A DNA stretch of 64,000 nt. Origin: Minisyncoccota bacterium (GTDB lineage: Bacteria > Patescibacteriota > Minisyncoccia > Phycocordibacterales > UBA9973). Location: contig JBAYUN010000002.1 in the NCBI GenBank assembly GCA_041675085.1, positions 15,967 to 79,966 of the forward strand. The letters are read 5' to 3'. The notes under the pieces are model-generated. The model did no database searches. It was not told the origin of the DNA and worked only from the letters and a program-made list of their open reading frames with translations. Below are positions 1 to 9,746 of the stretch, one piece after another; within the stretch, counting starts at the first letter, position 1, and each line of letters begins with the position of its first letter. A program made the position numbers and the translations under genes.

Positions 1-512
1 TGATATTTTGAACTACCAACTTTCTTTACAGGGCCTTTCTTTTTACCTTGAGAATATTCTTGTACGTATCTACCTCCGTCTTTGTGAACTTCTGCTTTAC
101 AGAAAATAGACAATGCATTCACGACAGAAGCACCTACTCCGTGAAGACCACCTGAGACTTTATATCCAGAACCTTCACCTCCAAATTTACCTCCAGCATG
201 CAAAGTAGTCATAACAGTTTCAAGAGCTGAAACTTTGGTTTTACTATGAACGTCAACTGGAATTCCACGACCATTATCAGCTACACGGATAGTATTGCCT
301 GGCAAGACTGTTATCTCGATATCGTTACAGTAACCTCCCATGGCTTCGTCACGAGAGTTGTCGAAGATTTCCCATACTAAGTGATGTAGGCCGTCTGGAC
401 CTGTTGTACCGATATACATTCCCGGACGCTTACGGACTGGCTCCAAGCCTTCTAGGACGGATATCTGGTCCGCTCCATAACTTCCCTTTTTAGTTTCTTT
501 TTCCTTTGCCAT
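1..512 (-). CDS. gyrB: DNA gyrase subunit B, 5' part (runs off window start)
   Basis: Manual translation from ATG at 512: [35 protein letters not shown]...[18 protein letters not shown]...DNGRGIP...TLHAGGKF...[14 protein letters not shown], the GHKL ATPase motifs of GyrB/ParE. Confidence 0.92.
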   Translation of the reverse strand, partial: MAKEKETKKGSYGADQISVLEGLEPVRKRPGMYIGTTGPDGLHHLVWEIFDNSRDEAMGGYCNDIEITVLPGNTIRVADNGRGIPVDVHSKTKVSALETVMTTLHAGGKFGGEGSGYKVSGGLHGVGASVVNALSIFCKAEVHKDGGRYVQEYSQGKKKGPVKKVGSSKY

Positions 513-534
513 ATTGGTATATTATAGCAAAAAT

Positions 535-2364
535 TTATCTAACCTGCCAATCTGGATTTTCCTTTATTTTATTAGTTATATTATCCATTATACTATTTAC
601 TTCTAGGTCTGTTAGGGTCTTTTCATAAGACTGGAAAACCATACGAAAACCATACGAAGTCTTCCCTTCTTTCGTAAATGAATCGAACATAATAGGACCT
701 TTGACGCAAAGCTCTGTAATATTCTCTTTTAGCAAATTCTCTAAGTTTTGACCACCTTCAGTCTCAGGTACCCAGACAGCAATATCGCGAGTAATGAATG
801 GAAAGAGTGACCACATTGCAAAAGAAGAAGGAATATGCTTTTTCTGAATGTCTGGTTGAGGCGAAGACGACCCGAGGACGTCAAGAAAAGTATTTTCTTC
901 TTCTTTTACTCTTTCTTTAATAAAATCACTTAAGGACATCTCTGTAATATTTTTACGATCTCCAAAAGCTACATGCAAAACTTCAACATTATCTTTAAAA
1001 ACTTTTCCGATTTCAAAAACCTTCACTTCTTTAATATTTAAAAGTGGTAGATTGTTTTGATTTAATTTTATACTTTCTTTTAATCCATCAGACAGATTTG
1101 TTCTTAAGAATTTTTTATCTGATGCACTAGCTAGAACTTCTACTTCCCCATTTGAAGTAAAAGAATAAGTCATAACTTCTGAATATCCCAAGCTGAGCAA
1201 AGTAGAACGAGCTTGCAAAGAATTAAAATACACTTCATTCTTTTGAGGAACAAATGCTAACTTTGGAATTTTAGGATTCAATTTATCATAACCGAGAATT
1301 CTACCAACTTCTTCTGCCATATCTTCTTCGAGATTTAAATCCAGACGCATTGATGGAATATTAATTTCATAGATAGAATCTTTTACGGTAAATTCAAAGT
1401 GATATCTTTCCAGAATATTTTGCATCTCTATTTTGGCGACAGTAATACCTAATATATTTGAAATACGATCAAGGTCAAAAGATAATTTACTTTTTTCTGC
1501 TTGAATCTGATAAACATCTACCACATCTTCAAAATTAGAAAAACTATATTCCATCAAAAGCCCTGAGAGTTCAGTCATAGCTAAATCCCCTAAAGATGGA
1601 GATAAATCATTCTCAAATCTTTTAGCCGAATCAGTAAAAATCCCGATTCTGCGTGCAGTCTTGCGGACAGCGATAGGATCAAAGTTGGCAATCTCAAGTA
1701 GAATATTCTTAGTATTATTATCAACCTCAGCCACCTTGCCACCCTTCACTCCCGCAATAGCTAAAATATTTTTCTCGTCAGCTATCACTACGTCTGTACT
1801 CTCTAATTTTACTTGCTTGTTGTCGAGGGTAGTCATCTCTTCTCCAGGGAGAGCATAACGTACCACAATAGTGCCAGTTATTTTATCCAAATCAAAGGCA
1901 TGAGCTGGTTGACCTAGATTGTACATAACGATATTGGTCGCATCTACGATATTGTTAATACTACGAGCACCTACTGACTCTAAATGCTTCACAACCCATT
2001 CTGGACTAGGGACGACTTGTACATCACGCACAATACGGCCCATATAACGACGAACGTTTGGCACGTTTATCTCTATTTTTAAATTTGTATTTTTAGGTTC
2101 AGGCTTCTTGTATTTATCTAAAGAATGTACGAAAGGGATAGATAATAATGAAGCGAGCTCTCTTGCTATACCGATATGAGAAAGTAAATCATGAGCCCGA
2201 TTCGGTAAAATATTTATATCAAAAATATAATCTTTATTCTCACCTTCTCCAATTTCTTCTACTCCCTCAACTTCACAAAGATGATAAGTAAAAATATCCT
2301 CCAGAGTTTTAGGACTCGGTGCTTCGGGAATATACCATTTTAACCAGTTATAAGATATTTTCAT
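535..2364 (-). CDS. pheT: Phenylalanine--tRNA ligase beta subunit (short; appears to lack B2 OB-fold)
   Basis: MKISYNWLK start, PNRAHDLLSHIGIARE, SINNIVDATN, C-terminal FPFITRDIA...LTDLEVN anticodon-binding domain; adjacent to pheS. Confidence 0.95.
   Translation of the reverse strand: MKISYNWLKWYIPEAPSPKTLEDIFTYHLCEVEGVEEIGEGENKDYIFDINILPNRAHDLLSHIGIARELASLLSIPFVHSLDKYKKPEPKNTNLKIEINVPNVRRYMGRIVRDVQVVPSPEWVVKHLESVGARSINNIVDATNIVMYNLGQPAHAFDLDKITGTIVVRYALPGEEMTTLDNKQVKLESTDVVIADEKNILAIAGVKGGKVAEVDNNTKNILLEIANFDPIAVRKTARRIGIFTDSAKRFENDLSPSLGDLAMTELSGLLMEYSFSNFEDVVDVYQIQAEKSKLSFDLDRISNILGITVAKIEMQNILERYHFEFTVKDSIYEINIPSMRLDLNLEEDMAEEVGRILGYDKLNPKIPKLAFVPQKNEVYFNSLQARSTLLSLGYSEVMTYSFTSNGEVEVLASASDKKFLRTNLSDGLKESIKLNQNNLPLLNIKEVKVFEIGKVFKDNVEVLHVAFGDRKNITEMSLSDFIKERVKEEENTFLDVLGSSSPQPDIQKKHIPSSFAMWSLFPFITRDIAVWVPETEGGQNLENLLKENITELCVKGPIMFDSFTKEGKTSYGFRMVFQSYEKTLTDLEVNSIMDNITNKIKENPDWQVR
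820..906. repeat. In-frame palindromic element in pheT (family B)
   Basis: Arms AAAAGAAGAAGGAATATGCTTTTTCTG / CAAGAAAAGTATTTTCTTCTTCTTTT around core GTCTGGTTGAGGCGAAGACGACCCGAGGAC (850-879), 28/30 identical to 11346-11375. Confidence 0.85.
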
Positions 2365-2368
2365 AAAT

Positions 2369-3082
2369 TTAAAATTGATTGAGTCTTAAGTCTCCTTGAT
2401 AAAATAATCTCACATCTGGCACATTCCATTTAATCATAGCGATACGGTCGAGTCCTCCACCAAAAGCAAAACCTTGAACCTTTTTTGGATCCAAGCCTAT
2501 ATTCTTTATAACGTTTGGATGAAGCATTCCCCCGCCCATCATCTCGAGCCAGCGTCCGCGGAATTTCGCATGCACTTCGATAGAAGGCTCAGTAAAAGGA
2601 AAAAAGCTCGGACGGAATTCTATCTCAATATCGTCCCCTAATATTTTTTTATAAAAATAAGTGAGCACACCTTTCAAATCAGACATAGAGATATTCTCTC
2701 CGATCATAGCTCCGTCTATTTGATAAAATTGCATTTCGTGAGTAGCGTCAGTCGCTTCATTTCTAAAAACTTTACCGATAGATATAAAAGCATTCGGCAT
2801 TCTACCTTCTTTACCTGCTTCTTCTAGGGCGCGAGCAGTGGTATTGGTATTGTGAGTACGGAGTACTTTTTGAACTTCATTTTTAATATAAAAAGTATCT
2901 TGCATATCACGAGCAGGATGATCTTTTGAGACATTTAACGCATCAAAGTTATACCACTCGGTTTCAAGCTCGGGACCATTGGCAACTTCAAAACCAAGAT
3001 CGATAAAGACCTTATAAGCATTATTTGCGAGCTTTGACAAAGGGTGTTCTGTACCTGTACTAGATAAATCTTTTTGTTCCAT
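2369..3082 (-). CDS. pheS: Phenylalanine--tRNA ligase alpha subunit (no N-terminal coiled coil)
   Basis: NFDALN, HPARDMQDTFY, LRTHNT, FRPSFFPFTEPS, GFAFGGGLDRIAM class II motifs. Confidence 0.96.
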   Translation of the reverse strand: MEQKDLSSTGTEHPLSKLANNAYKVFIDLGFEVANGPELETEWYNFDALNVSKDHPARDMQDTFYIKNEVQKVLRTHNTNTTARALEEAGKEGRMPNAFISIGKVFRNEATDATHEMQFYQIDGAMIGENISMSDLKGVLTYFYKKILGDDIEIEFRPSFFPFTEPSIEVHAKFRGRWLEMMGGGMLHPNVIKNIGLDPKKVQGFAFGGGLDRIAMIKWNVPDVRLFYQGDLRLNQF

Positions 3083-3135
3083 AGGGATATTCTAGCAAAT
3101 CCTAAAGAGAGATGCGAGCGTAGAATTTTACTCTT

Positions 3136-4215
3136 TTATCTCTTGTAATTTTTCTTAAATTGCTTTTCGTGATTTTGTTTACTTACACCTACAAAGAATT
3201 GATTGACCTTTTTGGGAAATTTATCACAAATATTACAAATCTTACTACAATACCCAGAAAGTTTAGTTTGGCAATTTTGGCAACAAATAAATAAAACGTG
3301 GCAAGAAGTATTCTTGCAATGAGTGTAATCGTCGGATTTTACTTTTTCACATGCTTGGCAAAAAGAAATAATCTCGTCCCCTATCCTCTCTCCCATACGC
3401 TCGTCAAAGACGAAATTCTTACCTTTAAATTTATTTTGCAAACCACGCTCTTTGACTTGATGAGCATAATCGATAATCCCGCCCTTGATATGTTTAACAT
3501 TCTTGAAACCATTGTGCTTCATCCAAGCCGAAGCTTTCTCACAGCGTATACCTCCAGTACAATAAAGCAAAACTTCTTCATCTTTTTTATTTTTAAACAT
3601 GTCTGTCACTTTCTGTAATTGCTCACGAAAAGTATCTACATTCATCAATTTAGCATTTTCAAAATGCCCTATAGCGGCTTCGTAGATATTACGCATATCT
3701 ATTACAGTGACTCCACGATCTATCATACTATTTACATCCTCTGCTGTAGCGTATTCGCCAGTATTCGCAGGATCGAAAGTAGAGTCATCGAGACCGTCGG
3801 CTACTATCTTTGGGCGAACTTTAACTATAAGTTTCAAGAAACTAGACTTACCCGTTCTTGTCCCGTCGAAGTCTCCGACGGAGTGGGATTCTTCTACTGC
3901 AGTCTTATAAGGCACACCTTTGAACTCTGGAATATTTTGGATAAAGTTATCAAACATAGCCCAATTGTATTCAGGCACATTCATCTGAGCATTGATACCT
4001 TCATGAGCTACATAGATACGTCCGAGACATTTAAACTCTTGGAATTTATCAAAAAGCATATCCCTCATTTCACGCGGATTCTCTATTTTGACGTATTTAT
4101 AAAAAGAAAGTGTCTTGCGACGAAAATTCTCTTTTTCTATATCGCGCAATAATTCTTCTTTAGATTTGATGTTAACTTTTTTATGCATAATTTTATATTT
4201 AAAATATACTCTCAA
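3136..4215 (-). CDS. trhO: Rhodanese-domain tRNA U34 hydroxylase TrhO/YceA family (start may be 4188)
   Basis: SFYKY, GRIYVAHEGINAQ, DMRNIYE..IGHF, YCTGGIRCEKAS, FKGKNFVFDER, Cys-rich C-terminus. Confidence 0.9.
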   Translation of the reverse strand: MRVYFKYKIMHKKVNIKSKEELLRDIEKENFRRKTLSFYKYVKIENPREMRDMLFDKFQEFKCLGRIYVAHEGINAQMNVPEYNWAMFDNFIQNIPEFKGVPYKTAVEESHSVGDFDGTRTGKSSFLKLIVKVRPKIVADGLDDSTFDPANTGEYATAEDVNSMIDRGVTVIDMRNIYEAAIGHFENAKLMNVDTFREQLQKVTDMFKNKKDEEVLLYCTGGIRCEKASAWMKHNGFKNVKHIKGGIIDYAHQVKERGLQNKFKGKNFVFDERMGERIGDEIISFCQACEKVKSDDYTHCKNTSCHVLFICCQNCQTKLSGYCSKICNICDKFPKKVNQFFVGVSKQNHEKQFKKNYKR

Positions 4216-4254
4216 AGGAGCCTTTTTGCAAACTATATCCTCAAGTGATTTTAT

Positions 4255-4821
4255 CTAAATAAAAGTATCAGCGTTTTGACTATTCGGAGTGTCTTGTGTC
4301 AGATTGGTAAAATTTTCATTATTTATTTGAGGATTTAAAACTACACCTGTATTAGTCTCATCTATCTTACCTCGGAAATACTGAATACCTAAAAATAAAC
4401 TAAGATAAACACTTATTAAAAACATCGGCACCAACACAATTCCCCCAAGTAGCATGCCTATAAACATCCCCAAATAAACAGTGTCACCAAACAAAGTATT
4501 AAAGAAATCAATACCTTGATCTGGTTGTACTAAAATAAAAAAACTTGAAGTGACAGATATAGCAAGCAGGATTGATAATATCGAATATTCTCTAAAGTAC
4601 TTTACTCTCAATGACATTCCTGACATTAAAAGCAACAAAGAATTAAAACCATAATAGATAGCAAGGAAAGGAGACATTGAGCTATTATTACTACCGTATT
4701 CCCTACTTCCATCAACCCAAGCAGACATAAAAAAATAACAAGCGGTCAACCAGAAAGCACCGATACCAGACAAAATCAAAAACCAAGGCCAAACCCTACT
4801 TTTAAATAATGAAGTTCTCAT
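4255..4821 (-). CDS. Hypothetical membrane protein (about 4 TM helices)
   Basis: 188-aa ORF with hydrophobic segments and upstream TGTTATAAT. Confidence 0.7.
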   Translation of the reverse strand: MRTSLFKSRVWPWFLILSGIGAFWLTACYFFMSAWVDGSREYGSNNSSMSPFLAIYYGFNSLLLLMSGMSLRVKYFREYSILSILLAISVTSSFFILVQPDQGIDFFNTLFGDTVYLGMFIGMLLGGIVLVPMFLISVYLSLFLGIQYFRGKIDETNTGVVLNPQINNENFTNLTQDTPNSQNADTFI

Positions 4822-4859
4822 GTAATTTATTATAACACTGAAATAATATTTTATTCATT

Positions 4860-4902
4860 TGACTCTTGAGGCCTTTGACTCTTGAGGCCTTGCCTAAAGA
4901 GT
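4860..4902. repeat. REP-like palindrome at 3' end of RAYT gene, with tandem 16-nt duplication
   Basis: TGACTCTTGAGGCCTT twice (4860-4891); hairpin ACTCTT-G-AGGC-CTT-GCCT-A-AAGAGT (4878-4902) contains the gene's stop codon. Confidence 0.8.
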
Positions 4903-5556
4903 TTTATCGTAATTAATCCAATCAAAAATTTCAGCATTGAAAGATTTCTTAGTTGGGAAATAATTTGGAAAATTTTCTAAATTTAATATCATTTTCTCAA
5001 TTCTATTTACTCCTGCAAAATCAATATAACTAGAATACAAATAATTGGAAAGATAATCTAATGATTGTTTTTTGTTTTTTACACCCTTCTCTTTCCAATC
5101 TTTTTGTATCAACTTAATAGGGTTTAAATGAATATAAGAAAATATATATTTTAAATACTTATCATTATTTATATATTGAGCTTTAAACTTACCTTCAAAT
5201 AGACCACCGGTTCTTTTATATTTAAGGTTAAAATACATAACATAAGCAGTAGAAAGTTTCTGCATAAATCGACTAACACCATTTTCCACAAGAGGTGTTA
5301 GTAGAATATGAAAATGATTTGGCATTAAACAATATGAGCCGATAGCAACTAACGGATTTTGACTTGATCTATTGTAAACAGAAACGCCTTTTAAAGAATC
5401 AGAAAAATTAAACTTATCTTCATTGTTTAAAGCATATAACAAATCTCTAAATCTTAAATAATCATTTTCATCTAAAAATATTTCTTGCTTACTATTTCCT
5501 CTGTTGTATAAATGATAAAATTCTCCTATTTCAAATTTTATCTTTCTAATTGACAT
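4894..5556 (-). mobile_element. REP-associated tyrosine transposase-like (RAYT, Y1/HUH) protein
   Basis: YHLYNRG, YCLMPNHFHILL (HUH), LFEGKFKA, YIHLNP, YSSY motifs; flanked by matching palindromes. Confidence 0.88.
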
Positions 5557-5577
5557 AATGACATTATATACCTCACT

Positions 5578-5604
5578 TACTCTTGAGGCAAGGCCTAAAG
5601 AGTA
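5578..5604. repeat. REP-like palindrome upstream of RAYT gene
   Basis: TACTCTT-G-AGGC-AAG-GCCT-A-AAGAGTA; same arms as 4878-4902 with the loop inverted. Confidence 0.8.
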
Positions 5605-5611
5605 TCAAAAA

Positions 5612-5640
5612 TTGACTAACGCGCAAAACAAGGCTACACT
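5612..5640 (+). promoter_or_regulatory. Sigma70-type promoter
   Basis: TTGACT-17 nt-TACACT. Confidence 0.55.
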
Positions 5641-5646
5641 AAAACA

Positions 5647-5984
5647 AGTTATTCACTCTTTTAAAAGAAAAAGTTTAAGTAACTAAATTTTTAGTTTTCT
5701 TGTCTTTTCTTATAATTAAGGCAAAAAGTTCTTTGGTAAACTTGGCATCAAATACTTGATGCAGTTTAAATTATTTTTAGTTCTTTTATATACACACTTC
5801 AAATATGCAACGATGCTTGCGGAAGTGTAAAGCGATAACGAGCGTGGCAAGCTACGATAAGCTGTTGAGAGGTGTAAGCGACCTATGACCAATAGACACT
5901 CTAGCGTCTGGAGAACTGAAAGATCAAAGTACCCAGAAATAAAAGAACGGAGCAGTTTGTTGATAATAACAGACTGCTTTTTTT
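5647..5984 (+). ncRNA. Candidate structured non-coding RNA (unassigned)
   Basis: Bounded by promoter and intrinsic terminator, several hairpins, no convincing ORF. Confidence 0.3.
5951..5984 (+). terminator. Intrinsic terminator
   Basis: AGCAGTTTGTT-loop-AACAGACTGCT followed by a T run. Confidence 0.7.
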
Positions 5985-8976
5985 ATTTCAAAATTAGACT
6001 CTTTGAGAGTTTGCAATATTCACATTCTTCAGACTTCCCGCCCCAAGGTTTGAAATTGCATTTCATATTTACCCATGCTCCATTTTCGAGATTAGTCACA
6101 TAGTCAGATATATCTCTTTTCAATAAATCTATTTTCTCATTATCGATATATGTAGAGTAGAGAGCATTCTTGTCTCCATCTTCTGCTTCTAAAAACATAA
6201 GTCTTAAAGACTCTACTTTTTTGCCTCCTTCTGCTCCATCAATAAGATACGCATACATAGCCAACTGACGCATATAAGCAGACATTCTCCCCTCTTCGTC
6301 GACTTTCTCTATTTCATTTTTAGTTTTAGGTTTGCCGGTTTTAAAATCTGTCACAGAAATATTCCCCCTGATATCCCTCTCGGTTAAGTCGAGTTTCCCA
6401 TACATCAATAAATCCGCAAATTCTTTGTCTCGAAATTGCACAGACCTTTCTGAGACATAATCAGCCTCTAATATTTTATAATATTTTTCTATCCAGTTAT
6501 TGACCATATCATACGAGACTTTTTCTAGTCGAGCTAATTCGATACCATCTTGCACACCCTCTTTATTTAGCTCTCGAGTGATAGCAACTTTAATATCTTC
6601 TGTTTGTGGTAAAGCTTTATTTTTAAGGATGAATTCTATTGTCCCGTGCACAGCAGAACCTAAAGCAAGCGAAGTGCCTTTGACTTCAGGTAATTTCAAG
6701 AAATTCCTAAAATACCATTTCCAAGGACACTCATAAAAATTATTGAGCATCGAGACAGTAATCTTGATATCTTTATAATTTTCCTTTACGAAGGTTTGCA
6801 CCTCTTCTAGAATATCCCCTTCTACTTTTTCTATGGCAGTCGTAAATATTTTTGGTCCAAATATTTTATTATTTAAAATCTCACTTTCGGTCTCTTCTTT
6901 ATTTTTCTTTATGAAATGTAAATCTGGTAGATTTTGAATAATACTAGCGAGCTCTAAGCCAGATCCGTTATAATTCTCAGTCGCATAAGAAATATTACAA
7001 AACTCACGAGCTCGAGTAATAGCTACATATAGTTCTCTTTTAGCAGATTCGATATCACGCTCTTTTATATGTTCTTTTATTTTCTCAGGTAAGGAGAAAT
7101 TATTTCTTTTTTCACTCATCAAAACTTCTTCGTTCATATGTGCTATCCAAACATGTTTATATTCAAGTCCTTTGGATTTGTGCAGAGTCATAACTTCAAT
7201 ACCTTCATTCCCTCCAAAAGTAGCCAGCGAAAGGTTGTGACCATAGCTCTCTAATCTTTTAAAGTAATTCAAGAAATCAGCCAGACTTGGATTTATATTT
7301 TTTTGTTCAAACAATAAGCTAGCGTGAATAAAAGTTCTCACCACTTCCACGTTCTCCAATAATTCACTATGAGTACTAGAATTATCTATCAAAAGTTCAT
7401 TGCCTATCAAGCTCACCAACATTGAGATTTTTTCATTTCTAGAATCTACCCATTTTTTTAATTTTAAACCCCATTTTACAATATCACCATCCTCACTAAA
7501 AAGACCTTGATCTTTACCTGAAGATATTAATTCGTCGATGGTTATCTTGTCGGGTTTGGTATTTTTCAAAAACTTATGAGCGACTAGTGGTTCTATGTTT
7601 GAAGTAGAGTCCAATAAAGATTCAGAAATTAATACAGAATTATAAGGATCATTTATAAGATTTAGAATTCTCAAGAAACTATAAGATTGCTTTATGTTAA
7701 ATAAATACACACTCTTGCCAGTCGATACAGGCAAACCCATATTACTAAGGATAGAGATAGCATTCCTAACATGGAAATTCTTAGGCACTAAAATAGCACA
7801 ATCTTTTGGAGACACACCTTCTTCTATCTTTTGACTAAAATACATTCCCGCGCCTAGTATCTCATCTCGAGGAAAAGCGTATTGTGAAAGCTCTATCTGA
7901 TTGTCCCCTGTAGTATTACTATTTAATTTTTCTTTGGAAATAGAACTCGACAATAGATTGTCGGCCAAAGATAGTATCTTAGCGGTAGAACGATAATTCT
8001 CTACTAGAGTTATCAATTTAGCCTGACCAAAGTAGGTAGCAAATTCTTCAAAATATGAAAGCCTTGCACCAGAGAAGCCATATATTAATTGTCTATCATC
8101 TCCAACAACAAAAATATTTGGACTCTCTTCTCCACCCCAAACTCCTTGCAAAAAATTATTCTGAACACCGCTAGAGTCTTGATGCTCATCTACTAAAACA
8201 TAAAGATAATTCTCTTTTATTTCAGCTCTGACGTCTTCGTATCCTTCAACTAGAGTAACTACATATTCTAATACGTCGTCATAGTCCATGAGTGACATAG
8301 CTTTCTTCTTGTCTTCATACATCTCATAAAACAAAACGACTTCTTTGGTTTTTTCTAAACCTTCGATTTTCTTTTCAATTTCTTTTTTTAATTTACCCTT
8401 ACTTTCTCCACGAGTAGAAATACTATCAGGGTCCGACTCCAAGAATTTAATATCTTTCTCGACTTGAGACAAGAATTCTAAAGGCGTAAGTCTTTCTCTT
8501 TTTAAAATAGAAATAAGACTTTTTAGGTCATTAAAATACATACTTGGATTACCACGAGGACGTAGATAGCTCCACTGATTTTGCTCCAATATTTCATCAC
8601 ACAAAAATACAGCCTCATCTTCTTCGAGCAATTTCGGCATAGTATCAAAATCCAAAAGTGCATAATGCTTTTCTACTATCTCTATCGCAAAAGAGTGAAA
8701 AGTAGAGATACGCACGTCATTTGCTACCGGTCCGATGTATTCTAAAAGTCTATCTTTCATAGCTTTGACTCCCGAGCGAGTAAAAGTCAGACATAGTACA
8801 CCGTCGGCGCCAACTTGAGTTTGTTTTAAAATATTCCCAATACGAAGAGCCAATATTTGAGTCTTGCCCGTACCAGGGCCCGCTACTACCATGACTGGGC
8901 CTTCCAGAGAATCCACAGCATCCTTCTGAGCTTTATTTAATTTCTTATATTGAGTCTCGAACAATAAATTAGACAT
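5983..8976 (-). CDS. UvrD/PcrA-family helicase fused to C-terminal PD-(D/E)xK nuclease with Fe-S-type cysteines
   Basis: AGPGTGKT, LVDEHQD, VVGDDRQLIYGF, ENYRST, TLHKSKGLEY, YVAITRA; CPWKWY...GKLD...DFKTG...QLAMY...CEYC. Start at 8976 chosen because of the upstream TATAAT. Confidence 0.9.
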   Translation of the reverse strand: MSNLLFETQYKKLNKAQKDAVDSLEGPVMVVAGPGTGKTQILALRIGNILKQTQVGADGVLCLTFTRSGVKAMKDRLLEYIGPVANDVRISTFHSFAIEIVEKHYALLDFDTMPKLLEEDEAVFLCDEILEQNQWSYLRPRGNPSMYFNDLKSLISILKRERLTPLEFLSQVEKDIKFLESDPDSISTRGESKGKLKKEIEKKIEGLEKTKEVVLFYEMYEDKKKAMSLMDYDDVLEYVVTLVEGYEDVRAEIKENYLYVLVDEHQDSSGVQNNFLQGVWGGEESPNIFVVGDDRQLIYGFSGARLSYFEEFATYFGQAKLITLVENYRSTAKILSLADNLLSSSISKEKLNSNTTGDNQIELSQYAFPRDEILGAGMYFSQKIEEGVSPKDCAILVPKNFHVRNAISILSNMGLPVSTGKSVYLFNIKQSYSFLRILNLINDPYNSVLISESLLDSTSNIEPLVAHKFLKNTKPDKITIDELISSGKDQGLFSEDGDIVKWGLKLKKWVDSRNEKISMLVSLIGNELLIDNSSTHSELLENVEVVRTFIHASLLFEQKNINPSLADFLNYFKRLESYGHNLSLATFGGNEGIEVMTLHKSKGLEYKHVWIAHMNEEVLMSEKRNNFSLPEKIKEHIKERDIESAKRELYVAITRAREFCNISYATENYNGSGLELASIIQNLPDLHFIKKNKEETESEILNNKIFGPKIFTTAIEKVEGDILEEVQTFVKENYKDIKITVSMLNNFYECPWKWYFRNFLKLPEVKGTSLALGSAVHGTIEFILKNKALPQTEDIKVAITRELNKEGVQDGIELARLEKVSYDMVNNWIEKYYKILEADYVSERSVQFRDKEFADLLMYGKLDLTERDIRGNISVTDFKTGKPKTKNEIEKVDEEGRMSAYMRQLAMYAYLIDGAEGGKKVESLRLMFLEAEDGDKNALYSTYIDNEKIDLLKRDISDYVTNLENGAWVNMKCNFKPWGGKSEECEYCKLSKSLILK

Positions 8977-8990
8977 ACTTGTATTATAAC

Positions 8991-9746
8991 TCAAAGAGAC
9001 CATTTTCCAACCTTGGTTCTTTTAATAGAAAAAGCTAGACTTGGTATAGATATCATATCTCCTAAGTCGTTGGCTATCGTGCGGACATACGTACCACTCG
9101 TGACTTTAGTACTAAAACTTGCGACGAAAAAATGCTTTGGCATTTTTTCGTCGCAAAGCTTCTTCTGCCAGATTTTTAAAATTTCCTTTTGACGAAAATC
9201 TCCATTCACTTTATTAACCCTAGTCTCTATGTTTTCCAAAAGTGTTTTACTCGAGATTTTTCGTAAATTTAAATATTTTAAACTCTTGATCATTACTTCT
9301 CTCTCGGGAATCTCTACAACTTTATTCTCACGTGCGTAAGTAAATAGAGGTTTGCCTTCTACGGTTTTTGAAGAATATAGTGGGTATTTTTGGACTATTT
9401 TTCCTTTAAAATGTTTTAGATTTTTCTTAATCAATTTTTCTAAATCTTCTTTCTTATGCATAGGGTAACCCTCTGTAATAACCTTACCTAGAATATCATA
9501 AGTATCAGTCTTGAAACCAAATAAAACTTCAAAATCATATTCTTTATCGAGATTCAAATACTTCTGCTTATTCTTGCATTCTTCTCCAGCTAACAATAGT
9601 AATAACCCCGAAGCCAAAGGGTCAAGTCGCCCCGCATAAGTCATCGGCACATCTAGCGGTATTTTATTCTTAACGCGAAACACCTCTAGGGATTCTAGGG
9701 GTGTTTGACCTTCTTTTTTATTTACTAAATAAAACTTTTTTTGCAT
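8991..9746 (-). CDS. truB: TruB-family tRNA pseudouridine synthase
   Basis: YAGRLDPLASGLL, TDTYDILG, YSSKTVEGKPL, SGTYVRTIA. Confidence 0.8.
   Translation of the reverse strand: MQKKFYLVNKKEGQTPLESLEVFRVKNKIPLDVPMTYAGRLDPLASGLLLLLAGEECKNKQKYLNLDKEYDFEVLFGFKTDTYDILGKVITEGYPMHKKEDLEKLIKKNLKHFKGKIVQKYPLYSSKTVEGKPLFTYARENKVVEIPEREVMIKSLKYLNLRKISSKTLLENIETRVNKVNGDFRQKEILKIWQKKLCDEKMPKHFFVASFSTKVTSGTYVRTIANDLGDMISIPSLAFSIKRTKVGKWSL

Noticed and set aside
635-658. Tandem AAAACCATACG repeat in pheT
   Set aside because: Two 11-nt copies out of frame with each other inside normal coding sequence (SYGFRMVF); likely chance
4860-4902. Possible CRISPR array from tandem repeats
   Set aside because: Only two adjacent 16-mers, no spacers, no cas genes in the window
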